DNA of 53,883 nucleotides from Candidatus Levybacteria bacterium RIFCSPHIGHO2_01_FULL_37_33 (GCA_001782085.1 MFNM01000014.1:1-53883); one strand, 5' to 3'. Positions 9,111 through 18,905 are shown, counted from the first letter of the stretch. Translations and numbers: made by a program. Notes: generated from the sequence alone by a model not told the origin.

Positions 9111-9175
9111 ACAATCACATTCTTAATTTTTAAATAAACCGTAGAACATTCAATGAATTTATGTCAAGAGCCCGC

Positions 9176-10948
9176 CTAAAATTTATCCCATGCAAAATCG
9201 TACCAAAAATCTGTTGTTGCTGAGCCATTTGTGCCATGAGTAATAAAAGCTTTGCCTGTTGGTAATATATAAACTACGTTGCCTGTGCCATCCCAAAGTA
9301 CACTATACAAAGTATTACCGGTTGCCATAAAAATGAAGATATCTTCACTGTCTGATAAAGGTCTCATCCTGATCGTAGTTAAAACTCCTCCCAATGTATC
9401 AAGATTTGAAGGAGTAGCGTCAAAAGAATTGGACGAAGAAACATATTTTTTTAACTTTGGAGTTGAAGTATTATCGGAATAAACTACAACACCCTCGCTA
9501 CCTGAATCTTCAAAAGCAAAGTTATAGCTTCGTTGTATGCCTCCTTCAGTATTGTTAGTCAAAGTATTATTTGCAGGAGTTGACCACCCCGGAGTAGTAT
9601 TGGCAAGGAAACATCCAATCTTGTTATTGGCGTTTTTCTGACAAGATACAAATTCTTCTGCCCCTCTTCTGCCGTCAATGTCTACAGCGCCCAATCTTCC
9701 GCCCAAATTAGGAGCATTTGAAGTAGCACTCCAGCTCCCGCTTCCACTGCCATTGGCTGTCCATATCTTTAGATCTTGGGTACTATCAGTGCCACCACCG
9801 GGATAAACCATCGCTCCTTTTAAGGCATTTTGTAGGCTCCAGGCAAAATCAATATGTTCTTTGGTATTGGTTGGGGCAGCAGATGAGTGCTGGACGGCAG
9901 CAGACCAACTTGATCCATTAAAATAGGCAGTGTTTGTATCCGAAGTTTGATCGAAGGTAGCTATCATTACTTCATTGGTATTTGGTCGGGCTTTAGCCAC
10001 GATATATGTGGGTATTCCTCCTACATTTACTGCATTTGTCTGTGATCCCCAAGAAGCTCCATTCCAAATCCTGTATTTTGGAGTAGTGGTGTTATCAGAA
10101 TAAACTACCATAAAATTTCCGTTACTTAGATAGGTTCCATCAAAATTTCTGACATTCAGAAAAGAAGTTGAAGCCCAGCTGAAAAGCAATTGGACATTGC
10201 TCCAACCTGTGCTGTTAAAAACCTGGGCGTAAATAAAATGGCTTGAACCGTTATAATGCCTTGTGACTAATACTTTTTCATCTCTTGTTGATGAAGCAAA
10301 TACTCTGGCAACTCTTAAAGCCTTGTTGGTAGTTGAAACATCAACATCGGCAGTGGCTGTTGCTGCTCCCCAAGTGCCCGTATCAGGATCAAAAATTTTA
10401 TACTTGATGGCATCAGTTGTCGTCCCACCATCACCATAGACCAAAATGCCACCCCTACTAGGCGTTATCGGTTTTCGCCAGTCTGAGAGATAACTAATAA
10501 GTTGCACAGAATTTGCCCTGCTGGGGGTAAAATTCCAAGAAACAGTGGATGTTATTTTTTTTGTGTCTGGGTCAAGAGTGCCCGAGGTGACAATATTTCC
10601 TGCGGGAGGCACTGCATCTCTATATACAGATTCAACTTTAATCGCCCGCGTGTATTTGCCAACAGGATTAAATGTATTAGTATTATTTGTCCCGCTGAAA
10701 ATCCATACTCCTCCCGATTGAGCAACTCCTGTCCCCGCACTATTTACTAAATTAGCAAAATTCTGATTTTTAATTGACCTTACTGCTTCCATGCCTTCTG
10801 TGGCATATTGATTTGCAACAGTTTGTTCTTCTCCGAGGCGGTTTGAATCAAGCCCTTGTAAAATAACGGTAATAGAGCCGGTTGCAATAATCATAAAAAG
10901 TGCTGCGGCAAGAATTACTTCAATAACCGAAAAACCATTTTTTTTCAT
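9176..10948 (-). CDS. PilV-like pilin with a large C-terminal beta-rich domain (putative tip adhesin)
   Basis: NG|FSVIEVILAA, ATEGMEAVRSI, YTRAIKV, DPDTKKITSTVSW, YLSDW, followed by ~430 aa of Ser/Thr/Gly/Trp-rich sequence. Confidence 0.8.
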   Translation of the reverse strand: MKKNGFSVIEVILAAALFMIIATGSITVILQGLDSNRLGEEQTVANQYATEGMEAVRSIKNQNFANLVNSAGTGVAQSGGVWIFSGTNNTNTFNPVGKYTRAIKVESVYRDAVPPAGNIVTSGTLDPDTKKITSTVSWNFTPSRANSVQLISYLSDWRKPITPSRGGILVYGDGGTTTDAIKYKIFDPDTGTWGAATATADVDVSTTNKALRVARVFASSTRDEKVLVTRHYNGSSHFIYAQVFNSTGWSNVQLLFSWASTSFLNVRNFDGTYLSNGNFMVVYSDNTTTPKYRIWNGASWGSQTNAVNVGGIPTYIVAKARPNTNEVMIATFDQTSDTNTAYFNGSSWSAAVQHSSAAPTNTKEHIDFAWSLQNALKGAMVYPGGGTDSTQDLKIWTANGSGSGSWSATSNAPNLGGRLGAVDIDGRRGAEEFVSCQKNANNKIGCFLANTTPGWSTPANNTLTNNTEGGIQRSYNFAFEDSGSEGVVVYSDNTSTPKLKKYVSSSNSFDATPSNLDTLGGVLTTIRMRPLSDSEDIFIFMATGNTLYSVLWDGTGNVVYILPTGKAFITHGTNGSATTDFWYDFAWDKF

Positions 10949-11463
10949 CTGCTTGCTACCCCTTGTGAGTTCACTGTTATTGTCTTTATAGTATCCCCGC
11001 CACTAATTGTAATCGTTGCTGGTGTATTACTTGCAAGACCAGTGACACGAGTAAAATTCCAATCTAAAATTCCAGTACTGCTGGTAATACTCGTATTTGA
11101 ATTTACACTAAATTTCTCATCAAAAGCTTGAGTACGACTCGCAAATGAATTACCTAAATAAAGCGTTATCGTATTGCTTGAATAATTCATTCCCCAGTTA
11201 TCATTTTGCCTTCCCATCATTGCATAAATTTGTGCTTTTCGAAGCTGTCCTATAAGTTGGTCCTGGGTATTTGAAACTGCGTTTTGAGTTAAGAAACGGG
11301 AGAAAAAAATAACTGAAAAGGTACCTATCACTAATATTATAGATACAACAAGAAGAAGCTCGATTAAAGTAAATCCTTCGGATTTACGAATAATGAATAA
11401 TGAATTACGAATTATGGATTTTATTCTAAATTTTTTATTCCTGATTCTTAATTCCCGATTCAT
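10945..11463 (-). CDS. FimT/FimU-like minor pilin
   Basis: EG|FTLIELLLVVSII, LRKAQIYAM, ITVNSQG. The long leader consists of heptamer repeats. Confidence 0.85.
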   Translation of the reverse strand: MNRELRIRNKKFRIKSIIRNSLFIIRKSEGFTLIELLLVVSIILVIGTFSVIFFSRFLTQNAVSNTQDQLIGQLRKAQIYAMMGRQNDNWGMNYSSNTITLYLGNSFASRTQAFDEKFSVNSNTSITSSTGILDWNFTRVTGLASNTPATITISGGDTIKTITVNSQGVASR

Positions 11464-11471
11464 AATTCATA
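11384..11471. repeat. two opposed arrays of degenerate heptamers in the prepilin leader
   Basis: TTACGAA/TAATGAA-type units (11384-11418) followed by ATTCTAA/ATTCATA-type units (11423-11471). Confidence 0.7.
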
Positions 11472-11475
11472 AGTC

Positions 11476-12561
11476 CTATCTTTTTATACTACCGGTAAAC
11501 TGATAGATTGGTCCGATAATCGAAATTGCAATAAACCCAACAATAAGACCTACTACGATAAGAATAACCGGTTCAATAATTGTCGAGAGATTTTTAGATG
11601 TATCATCGACTTCATCCTCAAAGTAATCTCCAAGATAGGTAAGCGTTTCATCAAGCTTCCCTGTTTTTTCTCCAACTCCAATCATTCTTACGGCAATAAG
11701 CGGCATAAATTTTTTGTTAGTTTTAGTCAGTATCTCTTCAATTGATTTTCCTTTTTCAACACCGCTTTTTATTTCCGAAAGATAGTTTTTGTATACACAA
11801 TTCGTTGTTGTCTCAAACTGCGCAGTCAAAGCAGTTGAAATATGCACTCCTACCGAAAGCATTGTCCCAATATTTCTAAACATTGAAGCCAGCTGAATAT
11901 TTTGCATAAATACCCCTAAAACCGGAAGGGAAAGTAAGAATGAATGCCAGTGTGGCTTGATTGCCCGTGTCGTTATTGCGAAGCGTATTAATACAAAAAG
12001 CAGAACTAAACCACCCAGTAAAAAAATACCATAGTCTCTCATAACTTTAGCAAACAACAAAAGAATCTTTGTTGAGAGCGGCAGTTCAACATCAAGTGAG
12101 GCAAAAAGGTCAATCAGCTTAGGCAGCACAAAAACACTCAGTCCAATTCCCACGATAAGAGCCACCCCCAGTACGATTGACGGGTATAATAAAGCACCTC
12201 TTACTTTACCGGTAAATTCGTGCTGTTTTTTTAAATGGAGGGAAAGATAATCAAGGTTTTTCTCAAGACTTCCCGATTCTTCCGCAACTTTAATGAGGCT
12301 TACGTAAAATGCATTAAAAACATGAGGGAATTGGGACAGCGCTTTATGTAAAGGCTGGCCATTGGCGATCTCTTGGTGAATCTTTAAGAGTAATTTTCTA
12401 AACGCAGGGTGTGATGTCTGCTTTTCTAAAATTAGAATCGATTCAGGGAGTGGAATGCCGCTTTTTAACATCAGAGATACATGTTTTGTAAGCGCCAATG
12501 TATCCACTAAGCTCACTTTCCCAAATAGTGATATTTCCGATGATAATCTAGGCAGTTTCAT
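11476..12561 (-). CDS. pilC: type IV pilus inner-membrane platform protein (PilC/GspF)
   Basis: MLKSGIPL, VAEESGSLEKNL, ALLYP, LPLSTKILL, VGEKTGKLDE, IIEP. Confidence 0.92.
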   Translation of the reverse strand: MKLPRLSSEISLFGKVSLVDTLALTKHVSLMLKSGIPLPESILILEKQTSHPAFRKLLLKIHQEIANGQPLHKALSQFPHVFNAFYVSLIKVAEESGSLEKNLDYLSLHLKKQHEFTGKVRGALLYPSIVLGVALIVGIGLSVFVLPKLIDLFASLDVELPLSTKILLLFAKVMRDYGIFLLGGLVLLFVLIRFAITTRAIKPHWHSFLLSLPVLGVFMQNIQLASMFRNIGTMLSVGVHISTALTAQFETTTNCVYKNYLSEIKSGVEKGKSIEEILTKTNKKFMPLIAVRMIGVGEKTGKLDETLTYLGDYFEDEVDDTSKNLSTIIEPVILIVVGLIVGFIAISIIGPIYQFTGSIKR

Positions 12562-14237
12562 TCTCTTGTTGCCCGAAGGACTTCTTCAATAGTAGTTAAA
12601 CCTTCCTGTACTTTGAAAAGTCCATCTTCCATCATAGTGGTCATACCTTCTAAAACAGCCTGTTGCATAATTTTTTGAGAGTCATTTTTTGCAACAATAA
12701 GATCCTTGATCTCCTCAGATAGAAGAAGAATTTCAAAAATACCAACTCTGCCGGAATATCCCGTACTTCTACAAACCGGACATCCTTTACCAATATATAT
12801 TCTTGCTTCTTTAGAACTTTTAAAGTATTTTTGCAAAAGTTTTTTATCAAAATGTTTTTCAAGATCAATTATTTTTTCCGTTTGGGATACTTTACACCTC
12901 TCGCAGATTTTCCGAACCAGTCTTTGAGCAATGACTATATTTACAGTGGACGCAACAAGAAATGGTTCAATATTCATATCCAGAAGTCTTGGTAGAGCTG
13001 TCGCAGCGTCATTCGTATGAAGCGTTGATAAGACTAAATGTCCGGTCATTGCTGAGTTCACTGCAATATCGGCTGTTTCATCATCACGGATCTCTCCTAC
13101 GTAAATAATATTGGGATCCTGACGCAGGATTGAGCGCAGCCCTTCTGCGAAGGTAAGATTCGTTTTTGGGTTAACCTGTATTTGGTTTAATCCCGTAATC
13201 TCATACTCAATTGGGTCCTCGATTGTTGCTATATTGCGCTCTTTGGTGTTTAAAATTTTAAGGATAGCATACATAGTTGTTGTTTTCCCGCAGCCCGTTG
13301 GACCTGTTGATAGAATCATTCCGTATGGCTTACTGCTTGCGTTCATGACTTTCTTCAAATCCGTATCGCGCATTCCCAAGTCAGCTAAGCCAAACTGCCT
13401 ATAACGTGCGGAAAGAAGTCTCATGACGCATTTTTCTCCATGGACAATCGGGACGATTGAAATTCTGATATCCAGATCTTCATTTTCAATTTTTGTTTGG
13501 ATTTTTCCATCCTGTGCGCTAAGGTGTTCGTCGGTGCGGAGTTTGGAGAGAAATTTTATGCGAGCGATTACCTGCTGGTCAATTTCCGGAGTAAAATGCA
13601 GCACTTCCTGCAGGATGCCGTCGATACGAAATCGCACAATCGATCCGTCTTTTTCCGGTTCTATGTGGATATCGGAAGCTCCGTTATCATATGCGTACTC
13701 TATCAGAATATCTACAATCCGTTCAATTGGAGCCTCTGATATGCCATCTTTCCCGATATTTTTTACCTGTTCTTTGAGCATTTCATCGTATGAGCGCTGA
13801 AGATTTTGTTTATAAATCTTTAGTGCCTTTTCAAAGTCCCGCTCACTCGTATAGAAGACAGACGCTTTTTTTTGTGCTTTTTGTTCGATGAATTGTTTAA
13901 CTTGTGAGCTTGCAGTTGGATTTACCATTGCGATCTTTATCTGCCTGTCATCTTCCTCAAATGCGATAACTCTATGTGCTCTCGCGTAGCTCTCGGGAAT
14001 CAAATAAATCAGATCTGAAGGAATTTTTATGGTTGAAAGTTCAATAAAAGAAACATTTAGTAACTCTGCTACGGTTTTACCCAAATCCAAATCTGAAATT
14101 AAATCATTTGTTATAAGACGTTCTTGAAAAGAAGTATTATTTTTTTTACTTTCTTCAAATGCCGCGGTTAGTTTCTTCTTTTCAATGATTCCGAGTTCTT
14201 CTATTGCGGCAAACAAAGCTTGGGCAAATGGTTCCAT
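12558..14237 (-). CDS. pilB: type IV pilus assembly ATPase (PilB/GspE)
   Basis: ASDIHIEP, Walker A GPTGCGKTTT, LRQDPNIIYVGEIRD, TGHLVLSTLHTN, tetracysteine motif, GYSGRVGIFE. Confidence 0.95.
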   Translation of the reverse strand: MEPFAQALFAAIEELGIIEKKKLTAAFEESKKNNTSFQERLITNDLISDLDLGKTVAELLNVSFIELSTIKIPSDLIYLIPESYARAHRVIAFEEDDRQIKIAMVNPTASSQVKQFIEQKAQKKASVFYTSERDFEKALKIYKQNLQRSYDEMLKEQVKNIGKDGISEAPIERIVDILIEYAYDNGASDIHIEPEKDGSIVRFRIDGILQEVLHFTPEIDQQVIARIKFLSKLRTDEHLSAQDGKIQTKIENEDLDIRISIVPIVHGEKCVMRLLSARYRQFGLADLGMRDTDLKKVMNASSKPYGMILSTGPTGCGKTTTMYAILKILNTKERNIATIEDPIEYEITGLNQIQVNPKTNLTFAEGLRSILRQDPNIIYVGEIRDDETADIAVNSAMTGHLVLSTLHTNDAATALPRLLDMNIEPFLVASTVNIVIAQRLVRKICERCKVSQTEKIIDLEKHFDKKLLQKYFKSSKEARIYIGKGCPVCRSTGYSGRVGIFEILLLSEEIKDLIVAKNDSQKIMQQAVLEGMTTMMEDGLFKVQEGLTTIEEVLRATRE

Positions 14238-14293
14238 ACGATCATTGTATCAAAAAATAAGAAGAACAATATAGTATTATAATGGAGATATTT

Positions 14294-14662
14294 TTATGAG
14301 GGGTATAGAAAGCTTTGCACCCTATCAACAATATTGGCGAGAGTCGAATCTGTCTTTACCATATAATCAGATGCTCCCAGTTCCATTGCCCGTTTTTTGT
14401 CTTCGGGCTGGCTTAAGTTGGAAACGATAATAACTTTTACTTTTATACCTTTTTCTTTGATTTTTTCAAGCACACTCCAACCATCAATTACCGGCATCAG
14501 AATATCCAGAATCACTAAATCATACCTGCCTTTTTCAAGTTCTTTTAAGCCTTCGTCTCCATTTAAGACAGCTTTTACTTCATACCCCGCCTTTTTCAGT
14601 TTTATTTCCATGGCTTTGGCCGCGGGCTTCTCGTCTTCGATAATAAGTATTTTTTTATTCAT
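14294..14662 (-). CDS. stand-alone response regulator receiver
   Basis: ILIIEDE, DLVILDILMP..DG, IIVSN, GASDYMVK. Confidence 0.92.
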   Translation of the reverse strand: MNKKILIIEDEKPAAKAMEIKLKKAGYEVKAVLNGDEGLKELEKGRYDLVILDILMPVIDGWSVLEKIKEKGIKVKVIIVSNLSQPEDKKRAMELGASDYMVKTDSTLANIVDRVQSFLYPS

Positions 14663-14709
14663 TTATTGTACATTTTACCACATTTCTTCTCATGTTTTTC
14701 CTTTGCTTT

Positions 14710-14766
14710 TTCACCTCGCTTTGACGGAAACGTCTCCCTCCAGAGGCGGGCAGGCAAAAGGCGAAC
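14710..14766. repeat. composite GC-rich REP-like palindromic cluster
   Basis: TTCACCTCGCTTTG...CAAAAGGCGAA encloses CCCTCCAGAGGCGGGCAGG; it starts directly after a stop codon. Confidence 0.5.
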
Positions 14767-15132
14767 TTACTTGAAAACGCTGTTAATCTTTGCCAGGACA
14801 TCATTTATAGGCATTTGGCTTTTGATGATATAATCGGTGGCTCCAAGTGCCATACCCCTATCAATATCTTCCTTCTGCCCTAGATTTGAAGCAACAATAA
14901 CAGGAATATTTTTCCATTTATCGCTTTTTTTCAGTTCTTCGAGCACAACAAAACCGTCTTTTATCGGCATGATAAGGTCAAGCAGAATGACATCGGGAGT
15001 AAATGTTTCAAGGCTATCTATTGCCTCCTGACCATCTGAAACAATTTTGATTTCATAACCCGCCTTGTTGAGTTTGACTCGATACGCATTTGCCAAAAAT
15101 TTATCATCTTCGGCAACAAGAATTTTTGCCAT
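14767..15132 (-). CDS. stand-alone response regulator receiver
   Basis: ILVAEDD, PDVILLDLIMP.KDG, IPVIVASN, GATDYIIK. Confidence 0.92.
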   Translation of the reverse strand: MAKILVAEDDKFLANAYRVKLNKAGYEIKIVSDGQEAIDSLETFTPDVILLDLIMPIKDGFVVLEELKKSDKWKNIPVIVASNLGQKEDIDRGMALGATDYIIKSQMPINDVLAKINSVFK

Positions 15133-15137
15133 ATTAT

Positions 15138-15542
15138 TTATGTCTGTGTCTTATTTTCTGCGATAAATTGCTTCATTATTGGAATGAGCTCATCCAACCG
15201 ATATTCCGCTTTTAAGAGATATTGTTTTGCACCAAGCGCCAGCATACTATTAACCTTATCTTCGCTGGCTGAATTACTCACAACAATGACAGGAATTTGT
15301 GCACATTCCCCGTTTTTTTTGAGTTGTCCCATAAATTCAAGCCCATCCATATCTTTCAACTGATAATCAAGCCAAATTGCATCTGGAAGTTTTGATAAGT
15401 TATTCAAACAATCAATAGCCTCCTTTCCACTACTGTAAGGAATTGCGGTTATGCCATTCAACTCTAATTTTTTAGAAATAGCTTCTAGCAGCAAAATCTC
15501 GTCTTCAACTACCATGACCGTAGGTTTTTGTTTGCTCATCAT
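15138..15542 (-). CDS. stand-alone response regulator receiver
   Basis: VMVVEDE, PDAIWLDYQL.DMDG, IPVIVVSN, YLLK. Confidence 0.88.
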   Translation of the reverse strand: MMSKQKPTVMVVEDEILLLEAISKKLELNGITAIPYSSGKEAIDCLNNLSKLPDAIWLDYQLKDMDGLEFMGQLKKNGECAQIPVIVVSNSASEDKVNSMLALGAKQYLLKAEYRLDELIPIMKQFIAENKTQT

Positions 15543-15571
15543 TAATAATTTACAGTATTATTATACACATT

Positions 15572-17197
15572 TTAACTGTTAAGCGTGACTTCACCTTTTT
15601 TTGCCTGTACCCCACTAATCGGCAGGGAAAAGTAAAATGATGTTCCCTCTCTTTCGGCAGGCAGGTCTTTTTCCTCTGTTGATTCTCCGCCCAAGACGTG
15701 CTCCAGAGGCGCATCAGCCTTAGGCTGAGATCCGCTTGAGGAGGAAAACCAGATTTTTCCTCCGGATGATTCAACAATTGCTTTTGCTAAATAGAGACCC
15801 AAGCCATTACCTTCCGTTTCAATTTTTATAATATTTTCCCCGCGGTAGAATTTCTGGAATATTTTATCACAATCCTTTTTTGGAATTCCATATCCGTTAT
15901 CGCTCACTTGAGAGATTAATTCATCACCTTTTTTAGAAATAAATACAGAAATTTCTCCACCGGGAGGCGTATACTTTGATGCGTTTGTTAGTAAATTAAC
16001 GTACACTTCCCGGATAAGTTGAGGATCAATATTTATCAGAGGAAGGTCTGAATGGACACTGACAATAATCTGCTGTTTTTTTGCATTACTTTTTACTTTT
16101 ATTTCGGTGATCACTTCCGAAATGAGCTTATTTATGTTCGTTGGTTTGGGATCAACAATTATTCTTCCTGATTCAATACGTGAAATATTAAGAAGAGAGT
16201 TAACCAGACTAATCATCCGTTCATTTGAATCAGAAACGTTTTTCGCGTATTCTTTTTGTTCCGGATTTAGCTCTCCCGCATCGCCATTGAGCAGCATCTC
16301 GCAAAACCATTTCACCGCAGATAGTGGTGTACGGAGCTGATGCGAAGCAAGCGAAATAAATTCTGTTTTCATTCTGTCAACCTCTTTTTCATGACTTATA
16401 TCTCTAAAAACTTGGACCGCTCCGATTATTTGATCTTTTAAAACAATTGGCGTAGCTGTAATCGCCACCGTGATTTTCCCAGATCCTTTCTGCAGATAAA
16501 TACTCTGGGAAAAAACTTTTTTACCGGTGGTTAAGGCTTTGTACATATCTCTGTCTTCCCGCGAAATAAGATATCCCTTCTCATCCATTGCCGGAACGGT
16601 TTCAAACCAGAACCGTCCCACTGCCTCAGAAGCTATCCAATTGGTCATTTGTTCCGCTGCGTGATTGAAAACCAAAATTTTTCCTTGGGGATCTGTTACC
16701 ACAACTCCCTCTCCGATGCTTGTTAAAGTGGCTTCATCTTTAGTCTTTTCAATTAATGTTTTTTCCTCTGCTTCTTTATTTTTTTGTTGTTCAGAATCCA
16801 GTTCTTCAATTCTTTGCATTAACGCTTTATTCTTTTCCGAAACCTTTTCTTCCAAATCCTCAAAATATGATGCTTTTAGTTTTTCTGTCCTCTCATCGAA
16901 ATATCCAGGTAGCTGTCCAAGATCATCTCTGGTTTGGATACCAACTTTATAATCCAGGTTGCCTTGCGCAATCGCTTTTGTTCCTTCATGCAGTCTGGCA
17001 ATTTGTCCAGAAGTACTGTTTGACAAAAGTAAAATTGCTGCCACTGCGTTCAGAACAAAAGTTACGATAAGACCAACCATAAAATATTCGATGGCCAAAT
17101 TAAATGACTGAAATGAGAGATAAAGAAATATGCTAAGAAGAGCAATTGTCAAAGCTGAAAATCCTGCAACTGCCAAAAGTTTATATTTGGTCTTCAT
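15572..17197 (-). CDS. sensor histidine kinase (2 TM, HAMP, PAS, HisKA, HATPase)
   Basis: FISLASHQLRTPL (H box), NLLTNASKY, VSDNGYGI, IFQKFYR, GNGLGLY. ATG 17197 preferred. Confidence 0.93.
   Translation of the reverse strand: MKTKYKLLAVAGFSALTIALLSIFLYLSFQSFNLAIEYFMVGLIVTFVLNAVAAILLLSNSTSGQIARLHEGTKAIAQGNLDYKVGIQTRDDLGQLPGYFDERTEKLKASYFEDLEEKVSEKNKALMQRIEELDSEQQKNKEAEEKTLIEKTKDEATLTSIGEGVVVTDPQGKILVFNHAAEQMTNWIASEAVGRFWFETVPAMDEKGYLISREDRDMYKALTTGKKVFSQSIYLQKGSGKITVAITATPIVLKDQIIGAVQVFRDISHEKEVDRMKTEFISLASHQLRTPLSAVKWFCEMLLNGDAGELNPEQKEYAKNVSDSNERMISLVNSLLNISRIESGRIIVDPKPTNINKLISEVITEIKVKSNAKKQQIIVSVHSDLPLINIDPQLIREVYVNLLTNASKYTPPGGEISVFISKKGDELISQVSDNGYGIPKKDCDKIFQKFYRGENIIKIETEGNGLGLYLAKAIVESSGGKIWFSSSSGSQPKADAPLEHVLGGESTEEKDLPAEREGTSFYFSLPISGVQAKKGEVTLNS
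15645..15745. repeat. in-frame palindromic insertions in the kinase C-terminus
   Basis: CCCTCTCTTTCGGCAGGCAGG (15645-15665) and a 60-nt nested block (15686-15745) made of four 15-nt hairpin units. Confidence 0.8.
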
Positions 17198-17225
17198 GTA
17201 ATCAAGTATTTCACAAGGTAAAAAT

Positions 17226-18494
17226 TCAGTCAAGCAAAGTTTCTATAACTTCCCACGGCTGCCTATAGTTTCCTTCATAGCCTAATGCCCAAATAGCAAT
17301 CCCTCCCATGTTTTTTTCTTTTGCGAATTTTATTTTTTCGGCAATTGATCTATCGTCTTCATAATAAATTTGCTTAATCGCTCCATACTGCATATAGGAT
17401 AGCCATGGAGATTTAGAAATATCGTCCCAAGATTTTATAATATCGCTTCTTTCTTTTAAAAGCTCTTTAACTCTTTTGTATGTTGCTAAAGCGCCGCTGC
17501 CTTCTACAATTGAACTTTTGTGTTTGTCGGTGAATGTCTGCCATTCGTAGCCGTAAAATGGAATTGCCAGAATTAATTTATCATTTGGCACGCGTCCTGA
17601 TAAAGCATCTATCGATTCCGAAATACTGTGTTCATTTGCTTCCCCATAAATAGGAGAGGGTGGTCCCGATACCGTTGAACTTTGCCCGCGATAGTCGTAT
17701 GCCATAAGAATTACCTGATCAACTGCCTTTGCAATTTCTGTCATATTGTATGCCTTATCTTTTACTACAACAGTTGCATTGACATCTATAGAAATAATAA
17801 TCTTTGGATTGTTTTTTTTTAATCTTAGAGATAGTTCCTCTAAGAACGTAGCAAGATATTTGGAGGTGGGAAAATTGGTATCTGTAAAGTATTCAAAATC
17901 GATATTTATTCCGTCAAGACTATATTCTTTTATTAATGCTAATAACTGCCCGGTTAATTTATTTGTCGCAGTTTGACTGCTTATAATATTATCTATTGTT
18001 GTATTGTCAAAAGATTTAATTGACAGTAAAACTTTTGTTCCGCTTCCTGAGGCTTCCTTTCTAATCTGCCCAAAATAATCAGAGTTAAAATAGCTCCATT
18101 CCAAAACAGGCAGGCTGTTTTCGTCGTATTTTATAATACTGCCGTCTTTGTTAACATTTAGTCCAAAATAGATGATCTGAGTAAGGTCTTTGGGATAAAC
18201 CTTTGCTTTTTTAGCAACGGACCAGGATGGCAAAAAACCAATAGCTTCTCTTTTAATTGTATTAGTTTGTTGAGTGATAGATTTTGTAATTGCCGGGCTA
18301 ATTATAGTTTTATTTCCATTTTCTAAGTTTGTAGATTTTTTATTTTGTGGTAAAACAAAATAAGTAAAGACAGCAAGTAAAACAATAAACATTCCAATCA
18401 GAATTTGCTTTTTCCATCTATTTTTATCAAAATCATCTGAAAAAGAGCTATTTAAAAGAGGTGCGGTTTTTTCTATATTTTCTTTGGTATCCAT
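17226..18494 (-). CDS. membrane-anchored glycoside hydrolase family 18
   Basis: LDGINIDFEY catalytic motif, ILMAYDY, KLILAIPFYG, YYEDDRS, GGIAIWALG; N-terminal TM helix. Confidence 0.9.
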   Translation of the reverse strand: MDTKENIEKTAPLLNSSFSDDFDKNRWKKQILIGMFIVLLAVFTYFVLPQNKKSTNLENGNKTIISPAITKSITQQTNTIKREAIGFLPSWSVAKKAKVYPKDLTQIIYFGLNVNKDGSIIKYDENSLPVLEWSYFNSDYFGQIRKEASGSGTKVLLSIKSFDNTTIDNIISSQTATNKLTGQLLALIKEYSLDGINIDFEYFTDTNFPTSKYLATFLEELSLRLKKNNPKIIISIDVNATVVVKDKAYNMTEIAKAVDQVILMAYDYRGQSSTVSGPPSPIYGEANEHSISESIDALSGRVPNDKLILAIPFYGYEWQTFTDKHKSSIVEGSGALATYKRVKELLKERSDIIKSWDDISKSPWLSYMQYGAIKQIYYEDDRSIAEKIKFAKEKNMGGIAIWALGYEGNYRQPWEVIETLLD

Positions 18495-18505
18495 ACTATT
18501 ATAAA

Positions 18506-18851
18506 TAGTGAGCTTGCCGAACTATAAATATAGTAGCATAGACTTTGCCAACCATGCTTAATGTTAAAAGCTTCGCCACCTCGGGAGTGCACGAATCGGG
18601 GTATAGCAATATACCTTATGCAATGCGAACTCTCAATTTTCCTAGCTTTACGAACTCTAAACTTTCCATATACATATGGTAACATTATTTTTGTATATTA
18701 ATAATTGTTGTCTGTCATTCTGGCTTGTTCAGAATCAAAATTAGGAAGATTCTGGAGTCGTTCTGTTTTGCAGAACTCCCCAGAATGACGAAAGAACATA
18801 ACTATTAAAGAAAATTGAGAGTTCGTTTTTTATGGAAAACTCAGAGTTCGT
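18506..18851. repeat. intergenic cluster of several palindrome families
   Basis: TAGTGAGCTTGCCGAACTA (18506-18524); CACCTCGGGAGTG (18577-18589); perfect 16-bp inverted repeat 18626-18641/18810-18825; 18/21 inverted repeat 18650-18670/18831-18851; GTCATTCTGG..CCAGAATGAC (18714-18789). Confidence 0.8.
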
Positions 18852-18905
18852 GTAACACCTTATAGTTATTTTACATTTAAATTAAATTCTGCTATTATTT
18901 CCTTT

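Noticed and set aside
18525..18620. Riboswitch or ncRNA upstream of the GH18 gene
   Set aside because: The structure is explained by repeat-family hairpins, and a -10 box directly before the ATG leaves no leader.
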